A stretch of 61,938 nucleotides of DNA, counting the filler, from Sphacelaria rigidula (taxonomy: Eukaryota): NCBI GenBank assembly GCA_964200075.2. It is 9 parts of 9 records of this genome, joined end to end, with 100 filler letters (N's around TTAATTAATTAA, not from the genome) between each part and the next. Parts side by side here need not be neighbours in the genome. Positions count along the whole stretch, not along the records: positions 48,255 to 55,046 come from CAXNAA020018055.1; positions 55,147 to 61,938 come from CAXNAA020018056.1; 7 more parts are not named here. The stretch is one strand, 5' to 3'. A model generated the notes under the pieces. That model did not search any database. It was not told the DNA's origin and was given only the letters and a program-made list of their open reading frames with translations. A program made the position numbers and the translations under genes. This document shows positions 51,025 through 61,938 of this stretch, one piece after another (the stretch's first letter is position 1; the number at the start of each line of letters is the position of its first letter).

Positions 51025-52982
51025 GGGGCAATCGCCAAAAACCGGTATACCGACGGTATTTTCGCCAACATCCGGTATAGCTCACGCCCCCCCTCAGAAA
51101 AGCTACTAATGTAGCCGCCTGATTGGCCGCATCCCGCCGCGTGCGCATTCTGGCGAAAACACATACGGTATACCTGTTTTGGGAAACTCAATTTGGCTTT
51201 CATCGTTTTTTGGCGACGGTCTCACCGGTTTTGGGCGATCGAAACGGTAATGCTCAAGTTCCCGGCCAGCCCCAAAACACACACGTCACCATATTCTATG
51301 TTACGTTTCGACGGCTGGCCGTTGGAGATCATAATATCCGGAGTTTTCGTTTCGTCTATCCGGTCACCCGCCGTTCTGGAGCTTTGCCCGTCAGTCCGAC
51401 AACAAGCACGCTTTGTCAATCCGTCAACGAACACGCCTTGTCGATCCGACAAAGCACGTGGTAACCCACGGGTTTGGAGAGAACCTTCAGTTGAAAGCAC
51501 ATGGCGCCCTGACCAAACAAACCGTCACCCTCGCAGGAACATGCAGAGTACAACATATCACCACCCACGCGAATCCAACATCAAATGCTCCGACCTAGGG
51601 GGACTCTCCCGTTATCTCAGCGTCGCTTTTTTTTCACAGCAGGGATTTGTCTGTCGCCTGTTGTTGCACGTACCGGCATACATACACCCACGAGATCATC
51701 ACCCAAGAAAGGGGGCCACGACTACACGGCAACTATTTTGAATCCAAGGGCTTGCTGCCGCTGCCTGCATGTGCACGGCGCTTCGGCACGTCTCCTTACC
51801 TTGTCTGTCTGCACACTGTTTGACCTTAGTTACAAACTGTGGGCAATTAGGGCGTGTCTTCGCACTTTTCCTATCGATCGAAAAGATGGGGAAGTGGAAT
51901 CAATCTCTGAGCGAAAATTTCTCGTTTTGATGAAGTTGGGTCCAGATGGATTGTCATGCTTTCCATCGAATAAAGGCAATGTAATTCGTGAGACGGTACA
52001 TGGTCACTCGTCTACAGCACAGTACAGACAGTCTGTACTGTCGGCACTGCTTGCAAGCAGAGTGCCTTGAGTGCGTGTTTGGTGCAGGAGGATATAGAGG
52101 AGAAGCGGGCAACGTGCAGTACAGACAGCCCTGAACTATCAGCTCTCTCTGCTTAAAATGTAACGTCAAAAGGACTTCAGCAACGTGCAGCTTTGTGCTG
52201 CCTGCACTGTACATGAGCGTGCACGCAACTCGGTTGCCCACCGTACCACGCAGTTCTGTCGCTGATGCCCACCATGAGAGAAGATGCGCAAGTTTCTGTC
52301 AACATATAATGAACAAAGCATACCAACTACTTCAGTGTATATATCCTTGTGCTCAACTCGTGCTCTGTGCTGCAGGGTTGCGGTAGTAGCTGAGAATGAG
52401 TTGGATGGAGTTTGCATGGTCCTGCAAAGAGGTATTGTTTGACGTGGTGGTTTCGGTCATAGGTTCGTGGGCTCGTGACAGCCAGCCAGGAGTACACAGG
52501 GCACCGTGTGCTTTCAACTGAAGGTTCTCTTCAAACCCGTGGGTTACCACGTGCTTTGTCGGATCGACAAGGCGTGTTCGTTGACGGATTGACAAAGCGT
52601 GCTTTTTGTCGGATTGACGGGCAAAGCTCCAGGACGGCGGGTGATGGTATAGACGAAACGAAACTCCGCATATCATGATCTCCAACGGCCAGCCGTCGAA
52701 ACGTAACATAGAATATGATGACGTGTGTGTTTTGGGGCTGGCCGGGGGAACTTGAGCATTACCGTCTAGATCGCCAAAAACCGGTGACCGTCGCCAAAAA
52801 CCGATGAAAGCCGAATTGAGTTTCCCAAAACAGGTGTACCGCTTGTGTTTACGCCAGAATGCGCACGCGGCGGGATGTGGCCAAACAGGCGGCTGCATTA
52901 GTAGCTTTTCTGAGGTTGTGTGTGAGCTATACCGGATGTTGGCGAAAATACCGTCGGTATACCGGTTTTTGGCGATTGCCCC
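51025..52982. mobile_element. Element with ~480-bp terminal inverted repeats (Mutator-like architecture, non-autonomous)
   Basis: 51025-~51510 and ~52497-52982 are reverse complements starting GGGGCAATCGCCAAAAACCGGTATAC. No TSD seen. Confidence 0.75.
51850..52455. mobile_element. Harbinger-type MITE, family A copy 3 (right end missing)
   Basis: TTA|GGGCGTGTC start. Homologous to 28696-29290, then replaced by the right arm of the long-TIR element. Confidence 0.75.
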
Positions 52983-53368
52983 CAACGTACCCTTAGCATT
53001 TCCGATTTCTTCACTGTAGGAATTCGCGCTCGACTCTCATGTCTCAGGGATAACAAAACGCAAAACCCTTCATCTTCATGAAAAATCGGACGGCCCTTGC
53101 ACGCATAAAATAAGTAAATCAACAATAAGAATAGGAACCAACGACATTGTGCAGACAGGAAATTCTGACCCTCGGACAAGATTTTTTGCGAACTGGATGA
53201 TTGTGTGGTTTTCTGTAGAAGTGCGTAAGTAGCCGAGAAAATTTGAAGCATTATCTCTTTTAAGTCAGTGCTGTGATGCCCCTCGCAAGAGATGCGCAAC
53301 AAAGGTCCTGAAGGGTGCACGCGGGGCAACGTGAATCGGGTTCGTTTCAGTGCTCTCTCCGACCGTAC

Positions 53369-53427
53369 CTGATATGTTTCATTCTCCGGCGTGCCAATTG
53401 GCCCCACCACTTTCGCCAGTCCAAAAT
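53369..53427 (-). CDS. Protein kinase exon (DFG motif/activation segment)
   Basis: (D)FGLAKVVGPIGTPENETYQ, bounded by ctgcag| and |gtacgg. Joins in phase to 54068-54110. Confidence 0.85.
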
Positions 53428-53759
53428 CTGCAGTACGGGGTATCGGTTGCGGTAGGCAATGCTATGCGGTTACCGAACAGTGCAGCACTACCATCAAGGT
53501 AGTAAATAATGATCTTTCAAGCAGGATACCATTGAATCGTACACAGCCAAGGCCTACGCCCCGGTAACCGGGAGAGCTTACTACTGAAAGCACATAACAG
53601 ACACCGAGCGCACGATACAATGAAATGTAGAGGCACGTAATGCAAACGTTGAACATCGAACAATGCCTCGAAGGAAAATATGCCATGTTCGTATGCCGGA
53701 CAAATTTTGACCTACAGAGAATGACTCGAATGACAGAAAAATCTAACCGAAAGAGGGAT

Positions 53760-53945
53760 GGGGGAGGGGGGGTTATTCGTTTGTCGTTTGCCCAATAATC
53801 ATTTAACACGCACTCCTTTCGAGACAGAGCACCGTTCCTACCACTAATAGACACCTCCAACAGTTGAGCGCTCATTGAGTTTCTTCCATACAGTTCACAA
53901 AAGCCCTACACATATCCCATCCTTCATGTTTCGCCGTCTGCGGTC
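53760..53945 (-). mobile_element. Diverged LINE 3' fragment within the kinase intron
   Basis: AGCACCGTTCCTAC...AATAGA...CCTCCAACA matches ~36060-36100. Confidence 0.65.
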
Positions 53946-54067
53946 AAGAGCCCGAAGCCCCCCTACACCCTCCCCCTCTCCCGCAGAAGACAATTTCACC
54001 ACCTGAAATTTACCATTCTCATTACCATTCCTGCTACTGCTGCTGCAAGTCTACTCGACAAGCTCAC

Positions 54068-54110
54068 CGATCAACTTGAGGTTTCCATTCTGTGCGAATC
54101 CAATGTTCAC
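54068..54110 (-). CDS. Protein kinase exon (subdomain VIb-VII, probably TKL-like)
   Basis: VNIGFAQNGNLKLI(D), bounded by ccgcag| and |gtgagc. The spliced product reads NIGF...LKLIDFGLAK. Confidence 0.85.
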
Positions 54111-55046
54111 CTGCGGATGAACGCGGACGAAATACGCATGCATGTGGTATACACGATGGGGGGAGGGGAGGGGCGGGGGAGGGGGGGGGGTTAATAAACG
54201 TTGTGTGGATGAATACAGTACGATCGTCGACGAATTCCCAAGCTCTTGCTCCGCGGCAACTTTCAGCAACCCGTAACGGTAGCAGTCATCCGTGGTAAAG
54301 TCATGTACTAGTGGATCTGTCAGACCTAGCCCCTTCTCGGGGAGGGGATGACATTACAATGACAATAGCATATGCGCTTGGGTCGATTCTTGTGCCGCGA
54401 AAAAAAAGGGTCGAATATCCCAAGGGACTCGAGTTCTAAATCTTTATATTGCGAGCCTTAGCTTGTGACCTGCGGATTGGGGGCGCAGCCCTCCTACTTC
54501 CTCTCAAACAATACTCTGCCATACGCTTGGGCACATGGTCAAGGCTCAATTTGCCAAGGCATACAGGACATGCCTTTAGCTGTTGACGGTTTCAACCCGT
54601 GACCGTCTGCACCTCCCCCCCCCCCTCCCCCCTTGTTCAGCCCCATTTAAGGATTGGCGTCGGTTGATAGGGACGCTGTAAAACATGCCACTCACTGCGT
54701 CAACCAGGCAACCAGGTTACCCTTTACTTTCTCGCTTGCGTTTTTTGCGGCAATTATCATGGTGGTCGAGCTGGATCATAGGGTGCGGGGTGGAGAACCT
54801 CAACTCCGCGAAAAGAGGATAATCGTACTACGTAGCGTGTAAATGGTAAGACATCCATGAGGCAGTGTGACGCCCGTGACCGTCTCTGGAGGTGGCAATA
54901 CCAGAAAATTAAGCAACTCATTCAAAGCTGCCATCCACATGCAAGATGGTCAGTACACTTCCGGCCGAACAATCTTAGTAGGATGCAGATCACTCCTCAT
55001 GCGACTCGCCGAACACATCACGGCGCTTCGCGCTTGGTGATTGATT

Positions 55047-55146
55047 NNNNNNNNNNNNNNNNNNNNNNNNNNNNNNNNNNNNNNNNNNNNTTAATTAATT
55101 AANNNNNNNNNNNNNNNNNNNNNNNNNNNNNNNNNNNNNNNNNNNN
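55047..55146. other. Artificial contig spacer
   Basis: N44-TTAATTAATTAA-N44. Confidence 0.98.
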
Positions 55147-56568
55147 GGGGATATGCCGAATGAATTTGCAAACGGGGATGCCCTGACCCACATTGTTGTG
55201 CATCTAGAATCGTTAGGAGCCCCTGAAGTAGATGAGATTTCGCGCAAAAAGTGCACCCCTACCGTAGCATTGCTCTAGACACACACATGTTTTTGGAGTC
55301 TCAGAAGAAGTCCCTCAATGAGCGCTTCAGTGTAATGTAATGAATGTAATAGTAACGGTACCGGAAAAGGCGAGCCTATGTCAGGTTCGAGAGCCAATGT
55401 AAGTACCAGGGTAGTCCACAAGTCTGCACGTGTCCACACACGCCACGGGACCATATCTCCCTCGACATAGATCCGAGAATATGCATGGATCCCTCCGCTC
55501 CGTTCCAGGAATGTTCCCCCAGGAGCAATAGTCTGTCCTCTCGGGTCAATATCCATTATGTCCCCGGAGTACTAGTCATACTCCAACTCGAGGCGGTGTC
55601 TCTCCCGACACCCCCTCGAGTCCACTTCTCCACTCGACCCTCTCGTCTTACTCCACACAAGAACAAACTGTCTAGGCGCGTCCCACGGCCACGTCCGTGG
55701 CTCCCGTGACTACTTCTCCCTCACCCAGGGGTAGTAACCTCAATGATAACAACGAAAATTAATATGAATATCGCACAAGGGTACGTTCACATCCCCAACA
55801 CACCCACACACGTGCGTCAGGGTTCTATTTCCTCCGCATGGATCCGGGATGTTCCTCTGGATCGGATGTGTCCATCACCTCGGTTATTGTTCATTCTGTC
55901 ACCGACTAGAGTATCGTCATTCTCCAAGGAGGGAATCGGTTCACCAGAGTCGCACCTGTCCCGCCTCTCAAGCCGTGTTCTCCTCGACCTCCCCACACAA
56001 GAACGCAAATGAAGGGTGCTCATCTCAGGGTCGTTTATTGACGGGACTTTTTTTCAGACTTTTTCGTGAAATTTTCCACCTTCTGTGAAAAAAAAAAATG
56101 GAAAAGAAAATCCTACACTAGATTTTTCGAGAAATATATAGTCAGTCTTATATTAATCCATCTCTTGACCTGGTTAAGAAATCTGCTGTCACATTTTTCG
56201 GGATGTTTTTTTCTTTCCCTTCTTTTTCCCCGAAAAAGCCGGAACAAGTCTGAAAAATCGACCCATAGTGGCTAAAAATTCTAACAGCGGGCAGCATCGT
56301 AAGTATATGAGATAATAATAAATTCCGAGACATGACGAACAACCCTTTGTCTAATCGCTTGTGTCCCTGATCGCTATGATACCAAAATCTCCCTCATAAT
56401 TTTCGCAGCAAATATTGTTGCATAAATACTTGCAGTACACAGCTAGCTGTGGCCCCCGTCTTTGATATTTTCAATCATCAACCTACTGTCAACGTTGGCA
56501 TTATATATATATATATATATTGTCCTTTTTTGTCCTTTTTTCAGCAACTGCTTTCCCGTCCTGTTTAC

Positions 56569-56608
56569 CTTGGGTGTGTACGTCCATCCTGTGACCACAG
56601 CCGGATCC
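56569..56608 (-). CDS. Candidate small exon of the AIF-like gene (DPAVVTGWTYTPK)
   Basis: ccccctag| and AAG|gtaaac boundaries, phase-compatible with 57540-57715. Weak homology support. Confidence 0.45.
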
Positions 56609-57539
56609 CTAGGGGGTGAGTTAAAAGGTGCGGCAATCAATCATCAAAGAGTGCAGTGTAATGCAGTGTAATGCAGTATACAATGCACGGCAATGCACAA
56701 CGATGTTTTCGTGGGGTTGAGAGCCTAGCGTTGATGGAGGGTGAGTTTTATTATTCGCCCTGCCTTTGACCAGCTTTCCACTTTGTCTGCACTTTTCCTC
56801 CGCTGTAACGTCGTCGTATGCCTACAGCTACACGTCGATATCCTATTCAGGGATATCAAAGGCTTCAGTCGCAAAAAGGTACTACAGGAAAGCGCATATA
56901 AGCCTCGGAGGGGCATTTCGGAACCTACAACTATTTCATTAATTGATTGACCGCTTTTCACTCTCAATCGCATCCTAGACTCTCAATCTCACGAAAACAT
57001 TGTTTACATACACTCCGCTATTAGGCACGTCACGGTTACGGTTGTGAACATCGTAAACTTTGCACACGGTACCATGTCTAGCCACCCATTCTAGTGCGGC
57101 CCGCCTCACTTATTGCGGCTCACTCTATCTGCCCTTCTATATATTAACTCTTTTGGAACTCGAGACACAAGTACAAACTCCCACATGCAAGCTTTCGTCA
57201 CCGGGAAATCGTCACTTCGAGTTCGGTGCACAAACCTGTCACATTATAATAGTATACTTGAACTTAGAGTGGTGCACCCTTCTGGTGGGCTGCATCTTCA
57301 GCACTTGCTGAAAAACAGCCACATTTTGTTCAAGGAAACGTCAATTGTAAATTGTCCTTTTTTCCGTCAACGGTTCCAAAAGGGTGAACTACACGCTTCG
57401 GGGGATCGGTCACAAGTTTCTTGAGAAATGTATCGACACCAAACAACTATGTACGGCGACATTGTTCATCACACAAAGGCATCACGTAAAAGATAGAGAT
57501 ATGCCCCCTCGACAAGAGAAACGGGTAGTAATAACGCAC

Positions 57540-57715
57540 CCGGGAGAATCTTCGTCCGCAGGAGACATATCTCCTTCCTCGAACTGCCGAAGCATGACCT
57601 CCCTCTGCTCCCTGCCGTACCTAGCGGCCAGAGATGTGACGGCCATGTTGTACCCTGCCACCCAACCTGACCGAACGCCGTGCTCTAAGATGTCAGCTCG
57701 TCGCCGCCCCAGCGC
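57540..57715 (-). CDS. AIF-like flavoprotein exon
   Basis: ALGRRRADILEHGVRSGWVAGYNM corresponds to AIFM1 [23 protein letters not shown]. The donor is either at 57540 or at ~57621. Confidence 0.8.
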
Positions 57716-57850
57716 CTGTTGTACAGTTTTTGCGCGCGCGTGTTGAATGAGCTAGTGAGGCAGAGAGGTGGGGAGGTAAACAGCGATCCCATTGACGGAC
57801 GTGATTACTGATTGGCCTACGGATTTGACCCAGTTCGTTGATTGATCAAC

Positions 57851-57931
57851 GTATAGCGTATAGCGTATAGCGTATAGCGTATAGCGTTTAGCGTTTAGCG
57901 TTTAGCGTTTAGCGTTTAGCGTTTAGCGTAT
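57851..57931. repeat. Heptamer microsatellite (TATAGCG)n(TTTAGCG)n in an intron
   Basis: About 11 units, switching from TAT to TTT midway. Confidence 0.9.
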
Positions 57932-58091
57932 ACTACTGCAGCCGGAACCAAAACAACACACACAACACAACGCTATACTGTCTCGCCTCAACATACCACG
58001 GTATACTACTACCATCATAACGTGTCACCACCAACAAGCGTGACCCAGCGCAATAAATAACGCCAATAACGTAGTGATGACTGCAAAATAC

Positions 58092-58197
58092 CTGGTCGTA
58101 ATAGCTGGCGCACGCCCCCGCGGCGTAAATCCCAGACACCGCTTCTAGCTGTCCATTCACCACCACACCTCCGTTCACAGGGTCAATCTCCAGACCG
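58092..58197 (-). CDS. Apoptosis-inducing factor (AIFM1)-like pyridine nucleotide-disulphide oxidoreductase exon
   Basis: GLEIDPVNGGVVVNGQLEAVSGIYAAGACASYYDQ, bounded by aaacag| and |gtattt. Confidence 0.88.
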
Positions 58198-59385
58198 CTG
58201 TTTGCATCATGCGTGTAAGTGGAGGGTCAAGCGGGAGGGAACACACACACACACGCATGTGAGAAAGGGAGGGGAGGAAGAGGATGGGGCAGGGCGGTGC
58301 CGGGGGGGGGGGGGGGGTTAGCATTATACTCACTACTGTACCCTTCGGACGTCCACATGTCTGTTGCATTCGGCTCATGTCATCCGAATTGTTTTTCAAA
58401 AGAAACACGGTGTTGGGATTTCTGTGCACGCCCGTTCCTGTATAATTACTACCCGTTGGTCAGTCGCCTGCCATGGATAGGCCAGAAGCCATCCCGAAAA
58501 GATTTACATGAGATAAGTGGGTACAAGAAAAGTAAAGTGCATCAGAGTAGAAATTAAATCAGCCCCGTGGGGAGGGGCGTTCATGAAGCCATGGTGAAGT
58601 ATGGGCGAGAAGCTAACATGTGCGAGTGTGAAGAGAATTACATCAAACTATTTATCTCCTCATTTTTCTTCACGAAAACTGACTCTATTTTCACAACATA
58701 CAGCAACGATCTGGGATTATTTCTCACACCATGCCCAACAATGGAGAGCGACTGTGTCTTGGGCACGCAGAGATCGACTTCACGGTCTACGAGAGGAAGG
58801 AACCACTACACCCTGCTCGCCATAAAATAAAAAAGGCAAGCACCGTAGAGGGAAGGTAGAGAGCTAAAACAAGAATAAAACCTCTCGTGTTGACCTTCCT
58901 CCTGCGTGACCCCTGGCTGATACGTCCACTTATGTATATACCAAAAGGTGTAGACCGGCATCCAGAATAGGTGGAATGACAGCACACACACAACAGTAAA
59001 ATAGTAATACTGTCGTACAAAAAAGCATTTCCCCTCTTTACGATAGAACTTGAAATTTCCTTGGAACGTATGAAGAAGCTATCGGGGATCTATCTCCTTC
59101 TCTCGCTACCATTACTTTCCAACACTGAAAGAAAAGAAAAAACGTCACCCACAGGGTCGGTGAAAGTGGCCTCATGAACGGATAACATAAGAAGGATTGC
59201 TACTGTACTAAACTTTGCAGTCCAACGGTGACGGGGACATCGAGACACGTGGGTGGGTGGGTAGGTGGGGGGGGGGGGGGGGGGGGGAAAAAATGGGGGG
59301 GTGGTTGGGTCCCCCCAACAAAAAAAAAAATAGAGAAAAATATTTTGTTATGAAACCTTTCCAAANNNNNNNNNNGGGGGGGGTA

Positions 59386-59439
<54 letters not shown>

Positions 59440-60499
59440 GGGAGTAGATACACGGTAGTAGATTGGGGCCTCCTCATCAAAAACAAATCTAGGCAATTAT
59501 TATTGTATGATAACTGTTCCCAGAATTTTCTGTGTTCGGCATGATGATCGAGATACATACAGTAGGGACCCTACCATAGTGCGGTGAGTCCCAGTATAGT
59601 GCGGTAGGTCCCAGTATAGTGCGGCGGGTCCCAGCATACTACAATGGGTCGCCAGGAAGACATGACCGCACTATGCTGGGACCCTGCACTGTATACCACA
59701 ATCACTTGATGGTAGTATAGTGGACCGGACTTGTGACCTGTGATTTTCACTGCACTGTGGTGAGAACCTGCACTATGAAGGGGCCACACTTCTGTGGGAC
59801 CCCCGCCACAGTCATTTGTTCTGCAAAGTATACAGTCAACATTCCACTACAAGTGGTCTATGACAAACCCGCTGCTGAATTTGAGCGCTTTCAAAACCCC
59901 ATGCCAATAACTTCCTGGCGTTTATCTCAAATCTGCGAAAGTTGTGTGTTCCGATATTATGGACATCGTGGAAAATTGGTGGGGGGGGGGGGGGGGGGGG
60001 GGGAATTGCGGGTCTTGGCCCTTGGGATGGTACACCCTGTACCCTTTCTAGTCCGGTGTCCCAGTTCTGGGGGACACGATCGACAGNNNNNNNNNNGGGG
60101 GGGGAGGGGGGGGGGGGGGAGGGTGGGTGGCGGGAGGGGGGGGGTCGTCGTGAATTCAGCGTCTTGGCCACTGAGATGATACACCCTGTACCCTTTCTAG
60201 TCCTGTGTACCACTTCTAGGTGACACCATCGACAGGATTTCGAGTGTAGCTGCCGTCCAATCAACATACCTTGTTTTGTCCGGCCCTGTACATACACCGT
60301 GTACCGGTTATGTTCAATAGCGCCGCATACCCTCTTTAGTCGAGGCATGTGTACATGTCTCGGGCAGCATCAACGAGAGAGTTCGCGTGTACACTGCGCC
60401 CAATACACTTCACTCTTGTCCGCACTACACGGGTATCTTGTGTACCCGCGCATGTTCAACGAACGCCCAGCATGCCCTCTTTAATCTAGTACTTTGTAC

Positions 60500-60640
60500 C
60501 TGTCTCGGGCTACGTCAACCACAGGGTCGACGTGAGTGGAGGCCATAACAAGGTAGTCGGAGGTAATGCTCTCCTTCGAAAGCCCCATCATGCTTAGTGT
60601 TATCTTTTCCAGGTCCATGTCGTCGCTGTCTTCTCCACCT
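60500..60640 (-). CDS. AIF-like flavoprotein exon
   Basis: ...ITSDYLVMASTHVDPVVDVARD(S), bounded by ctccag| and |gtacaa. It splices in phase to 58197 to give DVARDSGLEID. Confidence 0.8.
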
Positions 60641-61855
60641 CTGGAGAAAAATAGGGGGGAACGGGTGAAGGAAGGCGTCGAAAAAAAAGAGTAAAAAGGC
60701 CACACAATAATGAAACACCGGACATACAAATAATCGAAGAAACACTAAATATGTGGATATCATATGTACTGGGGAGAGATGGGCCCTTGAGACCGCGGAC
60801 TCGTCCCGAGGAACGGGAGGGGTTAAGAGTGTGACAAAAAACAATATATATATATATACACACATGACACTATCCACGCGCGGACTCAATGAATACTTGC
60901 ATGCGTATGTATACTAGGAAGAGACAATAACTTCACAGAAGACGGTTCCGCTTATGCAACGAAAAATCATGACACACGGCAGGTGCATGACGGACGATTT
61001 TTCTTACATCAGCCTTATATCTCCACAAACAATAATGATTCTGAGTCTTCTCACCCACACGTCCGTTCGACCGACCGCCAACTGTAGGGTCCAGCCCGTC
61101 AAGAGGGTATACTACCATTTAATATACACATATTGCAAGGGGAAAATAGAACGGAATAACACTCAGGAATGTGTGTTTGCGTTTGGCACGATCGTGAGAT
61201 TAAAAGAGCTTGGAAAAACATCGTACGCCAGCCTCGTCAACTACACATGTTGCGATGAAAAAAACAAAATAACCGAAACATTTCTTTGCGATTGGCACGA
61301 TCGTGAGATTAACTAGAAAAGAGGCTTCTTCTGAATGCTTTAGTGTCAATATATACATATAACATATTATTGTATATATATATATCCACTTAGAAAAAAA
61401 AAAAGAGAGCAAAAACACTGCACGCCAACGCTCTTGGCATTTGCTTCGTCTGTGTTGACTAACTTGGTGCATCGCCTAGCGCGTGCCTTTGCCTTTAGCG
61501 TACGAACAGTACCACGGTAGGTGCGCACTTTTTAGGTCGAAAGTTGCTTTGTCTGAGTTTTTTCTTGTTTTTCTTTCCGTACTCTGAACCTCTCCCCCTT
61601 CCTCGGGACGGGTCCGTGGCCTCAAGGGATCAACTCATCCATCTCCCCCCCGGTACACCCCGTGCAGTTTGGTATCGCAAATTGGATCATGACTACGCAC
61701 CCCCGCACCGCGTCAACTCTCGCCAAGCAAAAACTCAGTCAACTACGTTTTGTTTACTCACATACACACGCTTTCGACGGTGGAACATCAGATGATGTGA
61801 AGAAAAAACCCATCGCATCGGGAATCGAACCCATGTTAAGTGATGCTGCGATAGC

Positions 61856-61887
<32 letters not shown>

Positions 61888-61938
61888 ACCCAAACACCCC
61901 CACCAGGACACCAAGCGCACCACGCGCAACAAACACCC

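Noticed and set aside
57851-57931. TTTAGCG repeats as telomere
   Set aside because: Intronic and short, grading into TATAGCG; not TTAGGG or TTTAGGG.
59200-59558. Pro-rich and Gly-rich ORFs
   Set aside because: They arise from G/C homopolymer tracts next to assembly gaps; likewise at ~27520-27790.
60005-60235. Tandem ~80-bp duplication
   Set aside because: It straddles a 10-N gap bordered by poly-G; it may be real but cannot be separated from an assembly artefact.

Overview
Eukaryotic genomic DNA, most likely from a photosynthetic stramenopile, probably a brown alga. This is inferred from GT-AG introns, an ASAFAP-type plastid presequence and the repeat content. The window is not one locus: it is nine ~6.79 kb contigs in decreasing length order, joined by artificial 100-bp spacers (N44-TTAATTAATTAA-N44), so nothing should be inferred across spacers. 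Real gene fragments: a plastid-targeted ChaN/DUF399 gene (21.6-26.2 kb, +), one SART1/Snu66 exon (+), two protein kinase exons (-), an AIF-like flavoprotein (56.6-60.6 kb, -) and one unidentified exon. Most of the rest is transposon debris: Harbinger-type and fold-back MITEs, a deleted mariner nested in a LINE, Gypsy remnants, an Academ-like remnant and satellites. The most striking structure is at 30060-30823: two ~340-bp inverted LTR-like arms around a complete CCA-bearing tRNA-Ser(CGA) copy. It is attached to a polypurine tract and a decayed Gypsy integrase, and looks like an LTR retroelement that copied its whole primer tRNA and folded back on it. All family assignments come from motif recognition by eye; no searches were run.
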